This document shows positions 60,303-64,000 of a DNA stretch of 64,000 bases, piece after piece. The notes under the pieces were generated by a model, which worked only from the letters and a program-made list of their open reading frames with translations, had not been told where the DNA came from and searched no databases. Origin of the DNA: Podarcis erhardii. Lineage: Eukaryota. The stretch's first letter is position 1, and each line of letters opens with the position of its first letter. The translations under genes and the position numbers were made by a program. The stretch is from assembly GCA_964252035.1 (NCBI GenBank), contig OZ176207.1; one strand, given 5' to 3'.

Positions 60303-62165
60303 TAATGTTTAGAAAGTGCTTAACCATCATGATATGCCCAATGTCATTGGACTGCAACTCCCATAATCCCCAATCATTAGCCATGTTGACTGGGGCAAAT
60401 GGGAGCTGTGGTCTAACGATATCTGTGGTTACATTGGTTATCCTTGACATATAAGGCCTGAGCTGCATTGTGTTCATACACCAGCAAGGTATTACACCAG
60501 CCAGGTGCTTCGTCAGTGCTGAAAGAACTGTTTTGCCTCAGAGAAAGAGGCCAGGGAAATGACTGGGCGGCAGCAGCAATGTTAGAGTAGCTCACTTGCT
60601 TTCCCTTGCTCTGCTCAAGAGGTACAGCAACAAGTGAGGGAAAGCAACAGTGGCAAGGAGGTAGTTAAGTCTTTATGATGGCTGAAGTCATCTTGCCCAA
60701 CTTTGAAGTCAACACAATGCATAACAACCTATGATGGGGGGTGGGGGTGGGCGGGGTTGAGACTGATGAGAGTCCAGCTAGTTGCAATGTGTTGCTGGTA
60801 TTCTGTGAGGGTTGGTGAGTGGGAACAAGGGGCAAGTTGATAGGGTTTATAATGCAGCAGTGTCTGTTAAAGATACAGGAACTCTCCTCCTTTGCCTGTG
60901 GCCACATTATACTTCGTGATAGGCAGACCTGGGCTAAAATGGTTCTTTGAGGAGTGCACTGACTGATTTTCTTTTCTATGGAACAGCACCTACACATAGT
61001 TATTCCCTCCCCTCTCCACTCAATTCTAGCAAAGAAAGTGGGAAAATAAGAATAAGTCAGTGCCTTCAATTTACATCAATGCCATTAAGCTGCTGCGTCT
61101 TCAAGAACATAATGATTTTTAAAAACCTGTTTAACATTCAGTGAGTGCTTGTAACGAATTGTTGCATGGATTTAGCAATTTGCTTTGTACTCTGATGGTG
61201 CAGATCATGAATTCCAGCAATCCTGCTGGGGAAAATTGTCCTGAAGTGGGTAAGGAGTGTACTTTAGGCCTCAAGGTTTAAGCAATCTCCCAGTAGGGCA
61301 GCCTTCACAAGCCTGCTTGGGGCGGGGGGTTGGACCCTTTTTCCAGACAACAACACATCAAGATTCATGTGGAGTTTGAGACCTTGGTAGGGTCTGAAGT
61401 GATGAACAAACCATCACTTACAAAGCACCTTTTGTGGATATACTACATAAAAATACCAGTGCTTACATCAATCATGTGCACTAGGACAATGGGTGACCTT
61501 TTTTCAATTAAAAAAACACACATAGAAGCTTCAAAAACAGCCATTAACTTTCACAGCAGCCCTATTTATCGTACATCTTTCGCATTCATCGTCTGTTTGA
61601 TGTAAACTACTTGAAAGTGCCAACATTTGCCAATCATCCTCAATGGGGGGAAATGTCATGAGTGAATGAATGATAGGTGCTTTCCCCCCCTCACAATTCT
61701 GGCAACAGCATTGCCCTTTCTTTTCCATCCACTTTTGAAAGGAGAGCAGCAGGTGAGAAACAAGGTTGACAAATCTTGGGATGAAAACTAACAATTTGGG
61801 GTTGTTGTTGTTGTTGTTTAAGGATTTTCCAAGTATAGTTGTTGATGGTGATTGTCTGCCATACATTTAGTGCCACTTTGTAGTATCTACAATCACACTG
61901 GCTTGTTTCGTGCTCAGGGTCAAGAGCACAGTTCTCATACTAACTGCTGATATGCTGAAGTCACTACAAATATTGCAGAAGCCACATGCTGGCTTCCCTC
62001 AAGCAACTCAGGGAAGATCAAGGTCTGGGAGTGTGTACATGTGCCCATCTAGAGGGACAAAGTCCTCCACACCTGTCATTGGACTCACTTTGTATCTAGG
62101 TTGCAAAATCCTGACTGCTGAATTAAAATGGCTCACAAATGCCAGGAAACAAATAGCCATTAGTG

Positions 62166-62298
62166 CAACCTTCAAGTTCTGCCAGGTGTTGTCCTCTAGA
62201 AGTTTTGGACTACAACTCCCATCAGCCCCAGAGAGCATGGCCAATAGCCAGAGATAGTGGAAGTTGTAGTCCAATGTCATCTGGGTTAAAGAAGGCTG
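62166..62298. mobile_element. hAT-type hairpin MITE (older)
   Basis: CAACCTTC...GGACTACAACTCCCATCAGCCCCAG...GAAGTTGTAGTCC...GAAGGCTG. Confidence 0.75.
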
Positions 62299-62306
62299 CA
62301 TTAGAC

Positions 62307-62441
62307 CAGGCTTCCTCAAACTCAACCCTCCAGATGTTTTTGGCCTACAACTCCATGATCCCTAGGTAACAGGACCAGAGGTCAGGGATGATGGGAATTG
62401 TAGTCTCAAAATATCTGGAGGGCCAAGTTTGAGGAAGCCTG
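62307..62441. mobile_element. hAT (Charlie-like) MITE with perfect 16-bp TIRs and 8-bp TSD
   Basis: CAGGCTTCCTCAAACT / AGTTTGAGGAAGCCTG; CATTAGAC at 62299-62306 and 62442-62449. Confidence 0.93.
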
Positions 62442-63349
62442 CATTAGACCATCTGAGCTCAAAGCACCTATGGAACTTGAAGCTGAGTGGACATTCAGGG
62501 TGCAGGATCTCACTGAGCCCTGACTCAGAGGAACTGCAGGGCAAAGAAAAGAACAACCAAATGGCAGAACACACATTATGTGGTAAAATGTGACTCAAAA
62601 TACTTTTCTAGCAGTCTTGCACTGCAGTCTGAATGGCCATGGGGCTCATTGCTTCATATCACCTAGCCTTTCTTTGCTGGAACTTAAATGGAACTTAAGA
62701 CTGGAAACATGAGGAAAATGAGAAACATTCATTGCTAGGCCTGATATAACTGGAACTGGATCTGGCTGCTATCCTCAGAGGACCAATTTTAACTCATTTA
62801 ATTATTTCTGCGTGTGTTTGAAGGTGCATTGAGGGCAGAAGAAAAACAAGTAAATCCTAAGCAGCGGCTACTGAAATGTCACAGCAAAAACCTGGTACCA
62901 AAGCCTGGGTACACCACATGTACGCTAGGATATGTTCTGAGTGCACACTTGTCTATTTTGCCATGTGTCTAGAAAGCTTTCAGCTTTCCACTCAAATGCA
63001 TAAGGTTTATGCTTGTCATACTTGCTCAGGTACTTAGGAGCTTGATGCACAGAAGTAACTTTCTCATAGGAAATTGCTGGATGTGAAGTTTCCAGAATGG
63101 ATAGCCACCGCTTAGAGCTTGTCACATATTTCCTTCTTTAATTTGATACATTAATTGGCTTCATATGTTTAATAACTTTGTGAAGTGTGTGGGGGCCTCT
63201 ACTGGCCAACTGCAAATGTTACAATAGTACTTCGGAAAACCCGCAGACACATGCCCAACCCAATTGTTCAGGGTGATTAAAATAAAAAGAGATTGCAAAG
63301 AAATAGAAAAGGACCTATCAATGGCTACTAACCATGAGGACAATGTTCT

Positions 63350-63530
63350 ACCACCACTGCTGGAGGCAGTAAGACACTGAATACTACTTGCTGGGAATCA
63401 CAATTGAGGAGAATGCACCCAGGACCGGCTTGCTGGCGTTTCCATATGCATCAGAATGGTCTGTGTGAGAACAGGATGCTGGACTATGTGGGTCTTGGCC
63501 TGATCCAAAAGGGCTCTTCCTGCATTTTTA
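63350..63530 (-). mobile_element. CR1-type 3' end fragment
   Basis: TGTGAGAACAGGATGCTGGACTA...GGCCTGATCCA...GGCTCTTC. Confidence 0.65.
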
Positions 63531-64000
63531 TGACTTGGTTTCTGCCTGGTTTTTCGCCTCTTTCTCTTAACAACAAACTTTCTTGCACATGCTACACTCC
63601 TTGGAGTGTATCCTGCGTATTTATAAAACTGTCATCTTGACTCACAGGCAGTCATCTGAAATCCCAGCTGTGTTACTCAGGAAGGCAGAAGCCGAAGCAT
63701 TTAATGGAACGATTTTAAATGTATCTGTGTTTTGTCATTCACTTCCTCCCCTCTCATACATGATAATGGTGACATTTTCTTTTGAGACCAATCTATTCAT
63801 CTGAGGCCAATTCTCCGACTTCCATTCAGGCTTGAGGCCTCCTCACAAATATACATTTGGAGGCAGGTTCATTTATTATATATTTCAGCCTAGAAGTTCC
63901 TGTTTGCCCACTGCTTCCACTGATGATGTAAAGTTTAATTTTTTATGTTAAAAAGTTTATGCCACAGAGAGATATGAATAAAAGGCGGGGGGGGGGGGAA

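Noticed and set aside
61030-61140. 111-nt + strand exon candidate
   Set aside because: Splice sites are good, but the most protein-like frame has a stop, the open frame is unrecognisable, and it lies beyond the putative terminal exon.

Overview
This is eukaryotic, repeat-rich, non-coding-looking DNA from a squamate reptile. A lacertid lizard is most likely, judged from the SINE, LINE and MITE families I recognise from memory, not from a database search. There are no prokaryotic features, no CRISPR array, no intact tRNA or rRNA gene, and no host gene I can name. The window reads as a large intron or intergenic stretch with one 150-N assembly gap (11449-11598). The only clearly protein-derived sequences are retroelement relics: L1-type ORF2 C-termini, including a young 5'-truncated copy with a 20-21 bp TSD, and L2 reverse-transcriptase C-termini. 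The rest comprises Sauria SINEs, other tRNA- and 5S-derived SINEs, CR1-type 3' ends, several solo LTRs, a probable DIRS-type fragment, many hAT, Tc1/mariner and Harbinger-like MITEs, and microsatellites. The most notable observations are: (1) a perfect 62-bp inverted repeat with no TE hallmarks; (2) a Penelope-derived fold-back mini-element with a 14-bp TSD; (3) two unrelated solo LTRs that each open a reading frame of about 100 codons immediately inside their 5' end; (4) two hAT MITEs stacked on the same target site; (5) a compact CCAAT/ETS/CArG/TATA module; and (6) a speculative, phase-compatible chain of small + strand exons encoding a peptide I do not recognise. All family names and regulatory calls are by-eye recognition and need computational confirmation.
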